This document shows, one piece after another, positions 8,060 to 16,781 of a DNA stretch of 64,000 nucleotides; position 1 is the first letter of the stretch; every line of letters begins with the position of its first letter. Both the position numbers and the translations under genes were made by a program. Source of the stretch: an uncultured Verrucomicrobiae bacterium (GTDB lineage Bacteria; Verrucomicrobiota; Verrucomicrobiia; Chthoniobacterales; JAATET01); assembly GCA_963719495.1 (NCBI GenBank), contig CAVRCI010000013.1:32001-96000 (forward strand). The letters run 5' to 3'. Under the pieces are notes generated by a model. The model was not told the origin of the DNA. It was given only the letters and a program-made list of their open reading frames with translations, and ran no database searches.

Positions 8060-10567
8060 TCAGTCCCCGACCTCCAGCCGGAAGAACGGTCCGCCGACCG
8101 TCGTGGCCGTGGGTGACTGAGTAAACTCGATTTGCACCCGGCCATCCGCGAGCGACGTCCGGCTGGTCTCGGTCAATGAGGATGCGGGATCCCAATCGAC
8201 GAGATTGCTCGATTTCAGGATGGTCACCGCGATGTCAGTCGCCTCCGGATTCAACTTGAAGGTCAGCCGCAACGGCGACTGCCCGGAGGCGGGTCTGAGC
8301 TCGACGTCTCCACTGGGAGCGTCGCCCGAGTCGAGGGGATCGGTCCCGAAGAAATATTCGATCGAGTTACTCGCGGCGTCCCCGTCCGGGTTCTCCCCCC
8401 GCCCCAGACCCGCCGCCGCGGTGACCGCGTCCGGGGTCGCGAAGCGTTCGGCCCAACGAGTGTAGCCGCTCTTTTGTGGCCGGGGATCCGCCGAAGGTGT
8501 CGTCATGTCGTAGGGCAGCTCCCAATACTGCGAACCGTCCTGGTTCCCGAAGAAAAGGTGAACCTCGCTCTGGACCTCGGGATTCCCGTCCGCCCAGAAA
8601 GCGAAGAATGGATCCGCCGCGTCCTGCGGCGAACGAGCGTAGCCCGGCTTGCGCGGGCTGCCGCGCGTGATCGTCTTCCGCTTGGCCCAAGTTTCCCCCT
8701 CGTCTTCCGAAACCCACGTCTCCATTTCGCCGCCCTGCCCCCAGAACCGTTCGATCTCCGCCTGCGTGGCCCCGGCCACCGGCGCGGTGCCGGCTCCGCT
8801 GGGGATGACCGCCGTCCAGACCCCTCCCGCGAGGTCGAGACTCCCGGTGTTGTAGTTGTGGATCACGGTCGAGCTGGCCGTCGCCGCCGTCGGCAGAGTC
8901 GACGTTCTCCATTGCGCTCCCGTCCAGGACGTCACGTGCAGAAGCCGGGGTTCGCCCGGCGGACCCGGGCGATAATCCGCCGACGTGAGGTAGAAAATGT
9001 GCGGCCGCCCGGCGCCGTCGAAGACCAAGTCCTTCACGTAAACGAGTCGCCCCTGGGCCGCGTAATCGATCACCCGCGCCGGCGTCGCCGGATCCTCGAG
9101 CGGCAGCGGGAGCTCCGTTCCATCCGCCGTGTGCCAGCTCGCGCCGAAGTCGTCGGTCTCGGTGTAATACAAGTCGGTGCGACGGTCCACGTTGCCGTTC
9201 GGATGTCGATTAAACGCCGTCCCGACCCGATTGCCACTGTGCCCGCTCACTTGATAATGCCCGCCCATCCCCGCCAATTCGACCCCCGGAGTCCAATTTT
9301 GCGCGTCCGGCCCGCGCTGGAAATACAGTTCCCGCCCCCCGGTGTAGCGGGTGAACATGAAGAAAAACTGCTCGTCTCCCGCCGCCGTCGAACCCGGGAG
9401 ATACCAGATCTGCGGGTAAGTGAACGCCGCGCCACCCTCCGGCGAGATCCGCTCGAACGATTCGATGCTGTAGGGTTCGTAGCTCCGGAAGATGACGCCG
9501 TTGCGGCTCGTGTTCCGTCCCGAAACGAAGCCGTAAACGTGGCCCTCCCGGTCGAGCTGGATCGCCGCGTTGTCGTGCGGATCGTCCACGCCATCCTTAT
9601 CCATCACGATCGTCGGACGCGGCACCTGCCCGGTGACGTGATCGTACCACCCCGCCATGATGAGGAGGTGATTCTCATCCGCCCGCGTCGTCCCCCCGTA
9701 GGTGAAGAACGTTTTCCCAACCGCCGGGGCGTAGACCGCCATCGGCCGGTGCTTGGCCGTGTAGGTCGCCAGCCCGCCGGAATACTTCGGCCCGTAGGTC
9801 GAGTATTGGCCGAGATTGAACCACAATCCCCTGTAACCATTCGCTTTCGGATTGGCCGGATGGGTGAATGGAAAGAGGAGATCCGACCCCGCCACCGCTT
9901 CATCCTGGATCAGCACCCGGCCGATCCGGCCCGCGAAGGGCGAGGTCGCCTGCGCCGTCGACCCAATGGTCAACGGAGCGGTCGAATCCTTCAGCGCGGG
10001 CACCAGCCCGTCGATCACGACCGACTCCTCCGGGGTGCCGTCCGTGAGATTCTTGAGAACCACCCGCCCGGACCGCCCGTCAACGATCAGTCCCAGATAG
10101 TAGTCTTTCCCCGATGCCACCGACAGGACGTCGAGATTGGTCGACGTCGAGACTCCATCGGCGCTCCGCAAGATTCGCACCCGCCCGTCGTTGAGACCCA
10201 CCACCCACGATCTCTCGCCAGCCCCGCCATTCCAGTGGCCGACCAACACCTGGGTGGAAGAATTCGCGGCGTTCGTCGCGTTGAACAAAACCTCCACCGT
10301 CATCGTCGCGTCGGTCCACACCGACGCGTCTGGTGTCGACACGTAGCCACCACCCGAGAGTTCCGCCGACTGCCCTAAATTCACCGTTGCAACAAGCGGA
10401 GTCACCGTCGGCGCGTCAATCGCCAACGATCGTCCACCCCCCGAGCTGTCCGCCAGGAAGCCCGGCTGGGCCTCGAACTCCCAATCCGCCAACGTGGCTG
10501 CGGGCAAAAGAACCGGCGCGGTCAGCCCGAAAACGCACGGCAAAAGCAGAGAGTAGCGAGCAAACAT
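8060..10567 (-). CDS. Secreted LamG + BNR-4 repeat (putative glycan-active) protein
   Basis: Signal peptide, LamG-like N-terminal domain, then GYRGLWF...YSGGLATYTAKHRPMA, DPHDNAAI, FTYPQIWY and Asp-boxes TDDFGASW and SEDEGETW. Confidence 0.85.
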   Translation of the reverse strand: MFARYSLLLPCVFGLTAPVLLPAATLADWEFEAQPGFLADSSGGGRSLAIDAPTVTPLVATVNLGQSAELSGGGYVSTPDASVWTDATMTVEVLFNATNAANSSTQVLVGHWNGGAGERSWVVGLNDGRVRILRSADGVSTSTNLDVLSVASGKDYYLGLIVDGRSGRVVLKNLTDGTPEESVVIDGLVPALKDSTAPLTIGSTAQATSPFAGRIGRVLIQDEAVAGSDLLFPFTHPANPKANGYRGLWFNLGQYSTYGPKYSGGLATYTAKHRPMAVYAPAVGKTFFTYGGTTRADENHLLIMAGWYDHVTGQVPRPTIVMDKDGVDDPHDNAAIQLDREGHVYGFVSGRNTSRNGVIFRSYEPYSIESFERISPEGGAAFTYPQIWYLPGSTAAGDEQFFFMFTRYTGGRELYFQRGPDAQNWTPGVELAGMGGHYQVSGHSGNRVGTAFNRHPNGNVDRRTDLYYTETDDFGASWHTADGTELPLPLEDPATPARVIDYAAQGRLVYVKDLVFDGAGRPHIFYLTSADYRPGPPGEPRLLHVTSWTGAQWRTSTLPTAATASSTVIHNYNTGSLDLAGGVWTAVIPSGAGTAPVAGATQAEIERFWGQGGEMETWVSEDEGETWAKRKTITRGSPRKPGYARSPQDAADPFFAFWADGNPEVQSEVHLFFGNQDGSQYWELPYDMTTPSADPRPQKSGYTRWAERFATPDAVTAAAGLGRGENPDGDAASNSIEYFFGTDPLDSGDAPSGDVELRPASGQSPLRLTFKLNPEATDIAVTILKSSNLVDWDPASSLTETSRTSLADGRVQIEFTQSPTATTVGGPFFRLEVGD

Positions 10568-10647
10568 GAAGCCGGGGGACCAAGAGCGGCGCGACACAGT
10601 CCGAACGGACCGTCGCGCCTCTCCGCAGATCCGGTGAGCCGGATGAA

Positions 10648-11486
10648 CTAGGCTACGTGGCGGCGGCGCACGAAGATGATCGCCGCCAATCCACCGATGA
10701 TCGCCAGAGCGACCGTCGTGGGTTCCGGCACGGCGGTGACGAGGAGATCACCCTCCGCTAGTTTCACGTTCGAAAGCCGAATCTCGTCGATCATTCCGCT
10801 GAAGTTGGCCGATCCTTGCGCCGTCGATCCGATGGAAAACGGGGCGTCGGCGTTGAAAACCGAGCTACCCAGCGTTTCAATAAAACGCCAGCCGTCTTGC
10901 TAAAGCTCGCGGATTGCAGGGCCGTGTCCGCGGTCAAGTCTTGGAGATAAAGGGTGATGGCGCTGCTGCCAGCGTCCGTCAGGTCAACGGCCGCCGCGAA
11001 ATAGTAATTCGTGTTCGTCGCGAGGGTGAACGCGTCGAAATTTCGCGTATTCTCTCCGGTCGAACTCAACAGCAAGCGAAAACTAGTGCCGTTGGTTGCA
11101 ACCGCGAAGCTCCGCTGATTAGCGAAAGGAGAGCTCGATCCAAAGTGGCCAGCGATGACTCTCGTGCCCGAACCCACCGTGGTCGTGTTGAAAAAACCCT
11201 CCAGAGTAAGAGTCCCGCTCGTAAAGGCCGCGTTGTCCTCAGCGGTCAAGTAGTTGCTACTGCCGAAACTCGCGGCGTCTTCATTCGCCGCACCAGTCTG
11301 CGGGATCGGGTCGCTGAACGGGGAGGTGACGGAAGTAACGGCTGTGTTGTTCGTCAGAGTGTTTGAATCGGCGGAATCGCCGAGGAAATTACCATCCTCG
11401 AACCTCCAATAGCCGACGGTGGCTGCCGAGACGCTGGACGCGAGGAAGGCCGACGTCACGACCAATGCTGGAATGATGAATTTCAT
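10648..11486 (-). pseudogene. LamG-domain PEP-CTERM protein, frameshifted
   Basis: ORF 11486..10791 has a signal peptide and LamG domain. The -1 frame from ~10885 continues IETLGSSVFNADAPFSIGSTAQGSANFSGMIDEIRLS...VPEPTTVALAIIGGLAAIIFVRRRHVA*. The span is 839 nt, one base short of 280 codons. Confidence 0.85.
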
Positions 11487-11530
11487 GGTGGGGATCTTGT
11501 TTTGGAATTGGGTGGGTTGGTTCGCGAGGC

Positions 11531-12238
11531 GATCCGCGTCTCACCAAGATTCTCCGCTCGCGTGGAGTCCTCGGCGCGGTCTTCGCGTGGTCGCCCGATC
11601 CCGCCCCGTTACCCGACTTCGGTTGGGACTCCCTGGCGTCGGCCGCCATGGGATTCTCGATCACCGCGCCCCACCTGCACCGGTGCGCGACGTTTTTTCA
11701 CCATTCGATCCCCGTCGCCTGGCGGGAACTCCGCAACCTCGGCTACGAGCGGATCGGGGTCGACCTGTCGATCCACGATGGGCGGCAGCGCGACCAGGCG
11801 TGGGAAGCCGGCTTGGCGATCCTCCTCGCCGAACCCCGAAAGTGCCGTCCGGTCGTCCGTCGCGACGACCTCCCGAACCAACCCAGCATCGCCGATTGGG
11901 TGAAGAAAAAACGGCTCGACGCCATCATCGTCGCCGGGCCGCAAGGCCGTCGCCAAGCCCTGACCCAAGCGGGCCTCCGCGTTCCCGGCGACCTGGGCTA
12001 CGTCTCTTTGGTGGGATCGACTGAAAGCGCGACGGTCCAGGCCGACTGGAACCAGATCGGCAGCGCCAGCATCGATCTCGTCGACGAGCAGCTCATGCGC
12101 AACGAGCGTGGGATCCCGGGCAAACCAAAAACCGTGCTCATCGACGGAGCGTGGACCCCCGGCAACAGCGTTCGGGAGCAGAAAGAGCGAGGCCTCCGCT
12201 CGACGATACCGACCGGCGGAGAGGATCGTCGCTCCTGA
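11531..12238 (+). pseudogene. 5'-truncated LacI-type regulator (effector domain only)
   Basis: In-frame extension upstream of ATG 11648 reads DPRLTKILRSRGVLGAVF...WDSLASAAMGFSITAPHLHR...LGYERIG...RVPGDLGYVSL...NERGIPGKPKTVLIDGAW. No HTH domain; in-frame TGA at 11477. Confidence 0.75.
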
Positions 12239-12846
12239 ATCATCGAATGGTCGATGGCCCAATGCGGATCGGTGCCGCCACCGCCCGAAATCTACCGTCG
12301 CCGCTTCAAAACGCGCGAATCAAGTAACCGTGAATCTTGACCAATTCCTCAGTCGATGACTCCTCTCGTCACGCTCAAACCCCAATCGGGGATAGCGTGG
12401 GGGCATTAGGGATAAATATTTCATCTCCTTCCGAATTTCATCGAGATCACGTGTCATGCGGTCGTCGTAACCCATCCAAGTGATGTTGCATTGATCGGGC
12501 TCTTAATTCCCATCGATCACGTCCTGAAATGCGCCGCTTTTTCCGAAGATACTCGACGATCTCTGCGGGCATGAAGCGCGCGATCCGGCCCCAATACGAA
12601 CGAGCGGGGCGTCCATGAGATATTTCAGGGTTACTGACTCGAATCGGATTGGGGAACGCCGAGTGGAGACCCTTTTTCTCCGTGATCGATCTGAACTATT
12701 CGGCGTTGCCGTCACCTGCCCGCTGCCACTCTGCTGCCAAAATCAACCGGGTCATCGCCGATCACTCCCAGGCACGATATCCCTTCGCCCCAAACGGCGA
12801 ACCTCGTCAAACACCCATTTTGCAACGCTATCGCCACTAGTCAAAG

Positions 12847-12921
12847 TGGCGACCCCAACGGGATTCGAACCCGTGTTACCGCCGTGAAAGGGCGGTGTCC
12901 TAACCGCTGGACGATGGGGTC
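12847..12921 (-). tRNA. tRNA-Glu (TTC)
   Basis: GACCCCATCGTCCAGCGGTTAGGACACCGCCC-TTTCAC-GGCGGTAACACGGGTTCGAATCCCGTTGGGGTCGCCA; folds as a cloverleaf with encoded CCA. Confidence 0.97.
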
Positions 12922-13070
12922 TCTAAAAAGCGGTCCGAAAGAATCGGTGCAAAAAACCTAACGAGCAAGCGCAAATTCCGGATTCACCAAAAGCGCGTTG
13001 GGGGGAGCCCACCCGTCCCGGGTGTTGGCTTCGGCGTCCCGCCGCAGCTTCACCACTATAACGCGAAGCG

Positions 13071-13868
13071 TCACTTCCCCTCCCGCTCCGCCCAATACCG
13101 CGCACAATACCGCGCCCGCCCCGGCAACTGCGGAATCACTCCTCGCAGCCCACCCACCGCCGCCCGCAAAGCCATCCGCCCCACCGCCGTCGAACGAAAA
13201 CCCAGCCGCTCCCGGACGGGCGACGGGATTGTCTCGACGACCAACTGCCGCGTCGGCCACGACCCCGCTGCAAACCACCACGGCCGACCCGGCGCAACGA
13301 TCGCCCGCGCCACCTCCGCGCTCACCGCCAACGATCCCATTGCCGTCGCCGCCAGCGTCTGGGCGTAATAAGCGTCGAACTCCACCCGGCTCCGCGGCCC
13401 GTGATCCGCCGCCAACCCGAAGTATTCGCCGAAGATCCGCATGTCCCGGTAATGCGCCTCACGCTCGTCCACGGTCAGCGGCGCGACGAGTGTCTCGTAA
13501 ATCTCCGTCCCGACCGCGATCAAGGTCGCCAGTACCCACAACTGCGCGTCGGGATCAGTCGCGTCGTACGCGACCGGTCGATCCCCCCGCACGGGCCGAT
13601 GCACCGCCGCCACGTGCTCGCGCAATCGCTCGGCCTCGGACCGCGTGCCGAAGGCCACGGTGTAAACCGCCTCGAGCGTCCGATGAAGTCTCCCAAGCGT
13701 GTCCGCCCGAAACCGGCTGTGCGCCGCCACGCCCGCGCCAATCATCGGGTGCGCCACCTGCAGGATCGCCGCCGCCGGCCCGCCCAGCAGCACCGCGTTC
13801 TCGCGGCTCACCCGCCGGATCAACGAATCCGCCGGAAACACCCCCGCCCCGTCAGTCCCCGCCGCCAT
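13071..13868 (-). CDS. Oxygenase MpaB-like / DUF2236 family protein
   Basis: LLGGPAAAILQVAHPMIGAGVAAHSRF, HVAAVHRPVRG, YDATDPDAQLWVLATL. Confidence 0.88.
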   Translation of the reverse strand: MAAGTDGAGVFPADSLIRRVSRENAVLLGGPAAAILQVAHPMIGAGVAAHSRFRADTLGRLHRTLEAVYTVAFGTRSEAERLREHVAAVHRPVRGDRPVAYDATDPDAQLWVLATLIAVGTEIYETLVAPLTVDEREAHYRDMRIFGEYFGLAADHGPRSRVEFDAYYAQTLAATAMGSLAVSAEVARAIVAPGRPWWFAAGSWPTRQLVVETIPSPVRERLGFRSTAVGRMALRAAVGGLRGVIPQLPGRARYCARYWAEREGK

Positions 13869-14538
13869 CGAGCCGCCCGTCCTCGATCATCAGAATCCGG
13901 TCCCCGCGCTTGGCCAGTTCCCGGTCGTGCGTCACGACCACCAGCGTCCGCCGGTCCTCGCGCACCACGCCGAGCAGGATCTCCACGATCGATTCCCCCG
14001 TCGTCGAATCCAAATTGCCCGTCGGCTCGTCGGCGAAGAGCGTCTTCGGATCGTTGATCAGCGACCGCGCGATGGCCACCCGCTGCTGCTCGCCGCCACT
14101 CAGCTCCGAGGGCAAATGCTCCATCCGATCGGCCAGCCCAACGCGCTCGAGCAGAGCCGCCGCCCGGTCGTGCCGCTCGACTCCCCCGATCATCGCCGGG
14201 ACGAGCACGTTCTCGATGGCGGTCAGCTCCGGCAACAGGAAGTAGGATTGAAAGACGAAGCCCATCCGCTCGTTCCGCAGCCGCGACAGCTTGTCGCCGC
14301 TCATTTTGTAGAGGCTCGTACCTTCGAGAAAAACCTCCCCGTCTTCCGGCCGCTCCAGCCCAGCCAGGGTGTAAAGCAGAGTCGTCTTCCCGGCGCCCGA
14401 CGCCCCGCAGAGGAACACCGATTCGCCCGCCGCGACCTCCAGGCTGATCCCGCGCAAGACGTCGATTTTGTTCCGCCCGATCTTGAAGGACCGCCGGAGA
14501 TCCTCCGCTCGCAGGTGCGATGTATCCGTTGAACTCAT
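13852..14538 (-). CDS. ABC transporter ATP-binding protein, LolD-like
   Basis: Walker A GASGAGKTT, signature LSGGEQQRVAIARSL, FADEPTGNLD, VVVTHD. Confidence 0.93.
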   Translation of the reverse strand: MSSTDTSHLRAEDLRRSFKIGRNKIDVLRGISLEVAAGESVFLCGASGAGKTTLLYTLAGLERPEDGEVFLEGTSLYKMSGDKLSRLRNERMGFVFQSYFLLPELTAIENVLVPAMIGGVERHDRAAALLERVGLADRMEHLPSELSGGEQQRVAIARSLINDPKTLFADEPTGNLDSTTGESIVEILLGVVREDRRTLVVVTHDRELAKRGDRILMIEDGRLDGGGD

Positions 14539-15221
14539 AAATTCTTTTCCGCCGCGCCGGTGTCCATCGACTCGCCGAGCGAGACCGTTTTGTCACCGAC
14601 GCGCTCGGGTTGCCGATTCAACACCGTCACGTCGAGCAGCGCCAGCACGCGCGCCAACCGCTCGCGGATCGCCGTCTTCGGATCGACGGAGAACCCGACC
14701 GGCTTGGCCGAAAAACCCACCGCGTCCTGGCCGCGCATCCGCCCGATGAAGATCGCGCGCTTGTTGTGCTCGGGCTGGGAGACGACCACGACGTCCGGCG
14801 CGTCGAAGACCGTCGCCGCCCGCACGACCGAGTCCAGCGTCCGCAACCCCGCGTCGTCCCGGTAGATGCGCCCCGCCGGCACGCCGCGCTCGATGAGGTC
14901 ACTCCGCATCGCCGACGGCTCGTCGTAGTCGGGCTCCAACCCATTTCCACTCACGATGACGTAGTCGACCTTCCCAGCCGCGAAGAGCTTCGCCGCCGCC
15001 TCGATCCGGTAGCGATAATGCAGATTCTCGTTCCCACCCGGCACGAATTTCGCCGTTCCTGGAACGAGCGCCGCCCGCCGGTGCGGCACGTCGTCGACGT
15101 CGGAAAAATTCCGTCCACGCGCCGCGAGATTCACCGTGACCTCGGCACCAAGCACCACCAGGACGCCCAGCACCAACGCCAAAAAAACGAGACGAACGAC
15201 AAATCGAAAGAGGCGGTTCAT
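14535..15221 (-). CDS. SanA/ElyC/YdcF family membrane protein
   Basis: N-terminal TM helix, YDEPSAMR, DDAGLRTLDSVVRA, IRERLARV. Confidence 0.9.
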   Translation of the reverse strand: MNRLFRFVVRLVFLALVLGVLVVLGAEVTVNLAARGRNFSDVDDVPHRRAALVPGTAKFVPGGNENLHYRYRIEAAAKLFAAGKVDYVIVSGNGLEPDYDEPSAMRSDLIERGVPAGRIYRDDAGLRTLDSVVRAATVFDAPDVVVVSQPEHNKRAIFIGRMRGQDAVGFSAKPVGFSVDPKTAIRERLARVLALLDVTVLNRQPERVGDKTVSLGESMDTGAAEKNL

Positions 15222-15502
15222 TGCGGGGACGGCGAACCTCTCCCGTCCCGCGCCCCGGCGCAAGCCCCACCTCGCGGAGCGAAGAAACCGGACGCGTCAA
15301 CCGACGCCAAACGGGTCGAAGACCTTCGCCCCACTCCGCTCGAAGTCACCGCCGATGGGCCTCCTCGACCGAAGCTCCGAGCCTCGCCGCCAAGCCACGC
15401 TATTCTCCAACGACGCGTCTTCGATTTTCCGGACAAAAAGCCGAGCCATCGAGCGATGGCGCTATCCTTCCCAGCAATCCGCAAGCAAAAGGTGATCGAG
15501 GT

Positions 15503-16687
15503 CTACTCGCCGGACCTCAGGCGCTCCGCCAACTCGAGGATCTCTTCACGGATGGCAAACAATTCCGCCCGGTAGTGGACGACACGCTTCGTCGGAAGGA
15601 TTGGATTTCCCGCGAGGGTATCACTCACCGAAATCGCGTCGTGCAGGAGCGCGATAGCCTGCTTCAGCAAAGCGGTCACCAACCCGGGGTCACTCGCCGC
15701 TGGCGAGGGCACGCTGGATCCCAACGCTCCGGCCAGCTTGCCATTCAAATTCACCAGGCACCCGAGAAATTCCCGGGCACCCGGGTTGTCACGCTGCGTC
15801 GTTCGCTCTCGAGCACGCGTTTCCGCCAGGAGCGCAAGGTAGGCATCCTTGGCCCGCTTGACGATGGGATGGAGCACCCCACGCTCGGCATCACGCACCC
15901 AATCGATCCCTTCACGGGCTGGGTCCAGCGCGTCGTTGTCACGATCCGGAGCCCAGGCATCCTCACTCACCGATGCGGGCTGAACGGAGCCTTCGTCGTT
16001 CGCGGCTTGGTCCGCATCAAGCGATCCCTCGAGCCACATCCACCCCATCTCGTGGGCAATGATCCGATCGCGATCAGGATGATCCGCGTATTTTTCGAGC
16101 AGCTCCCCGTAGCGTTCCCCGATCACGTCGGATTCTCGGAACAGCTGCTCGCAGCGGTATTCAGCCCAATTTTCTGCGCCGTTTTCCAAATCGACCCGAA
16201 CAGCGAAATCATCCGGCGCGTCGTCGAGGAGCCGCTGCCGCTCGGTAAGCTCCTCCACCGTGAAACTCCAAACGGGCTCGGAAACTTTCATCCGGTAATC
16301 GGCGCTCTCGATCACAACCCAGCCGCACAGATCGCCGAACCATTCGAGGTGAAGCGAGTTCGCCAGATGCGCGGGCACCCGTCCACCCGCTTTGATCAAG
16401 GCGTAAGCTTCGTCGAAAGGGATGTCGAAGACGCGAACCTTTCGCCCCGCGGTCAGAACCCCGGCGGATCCGCGGATCGGCGAGGTAGGCGGCCGGGTCG
16501 AAATCGGGACCGGCGACGGATTTTCGAATTGAAGTCGGCAGCCCGCGAGATCCGCCTCGCAGTTGCCCCTCAGATCGAGCTCGAGTGGTGCGGCGAGCCC
16601 GGCCAGCCAGATCCGACCGATGACGCGGCCCCGCACGCGATTGTCGATCTCGCCGCGAACGACGTTTTCATCAAGTCGCCAAGCCAT
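15503..16687 (-). CDS. Hypothetical protein
   Basis: Protein-like ORF from ATG 16687 (MAWRLDENVVRGEIDNRVRGRVIGRIWL...). The ORF-track extension further upstream runs into the repeat element. Confidence 0.75.
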   Translation of the reverse strand: MAWRLDENVVRGEIDNRVRGRVIGRIWLAGLAAPLELDLRGNCEADLAGCRLQFENPSPVPISTRPPTSPIRGSAGVLTAGRKVRVFDIPFDEAYALIKAGGRVPAHLANSLHLEWFGDLCGWVVIESADYRMKVSEPVWSFTVEELTERQRLLDDAPDDFAVRVDLENGAENWAEYRCEQLFRESDVIGERYGELLEKYADHPDRDRIIAHEMGWMWLEGSLDADQAANDEGSVQPASVSEDAWAPDRDNDALDPAREGIDWVRDAERGVLHPIVKRAKDAYLALLAETRARERTTQRDNPGAREFLGCLVNLNGKLAGALGSSVPSPAASDPGLVTALLKQAIALLHDAISVSDTLAGNPILPTKRVVHYRAELFAIREEILELAERLRSGE

Positions 16688-16781
16688 CGCTCCAGAGCGT
16701 CCGATAGCGGCGGCGAGCGGGCGAGAGAAAACCTGGGATCGGAGAAAACCTGGGATCAAAAGCTCGTCCCCCGATCCGAAC

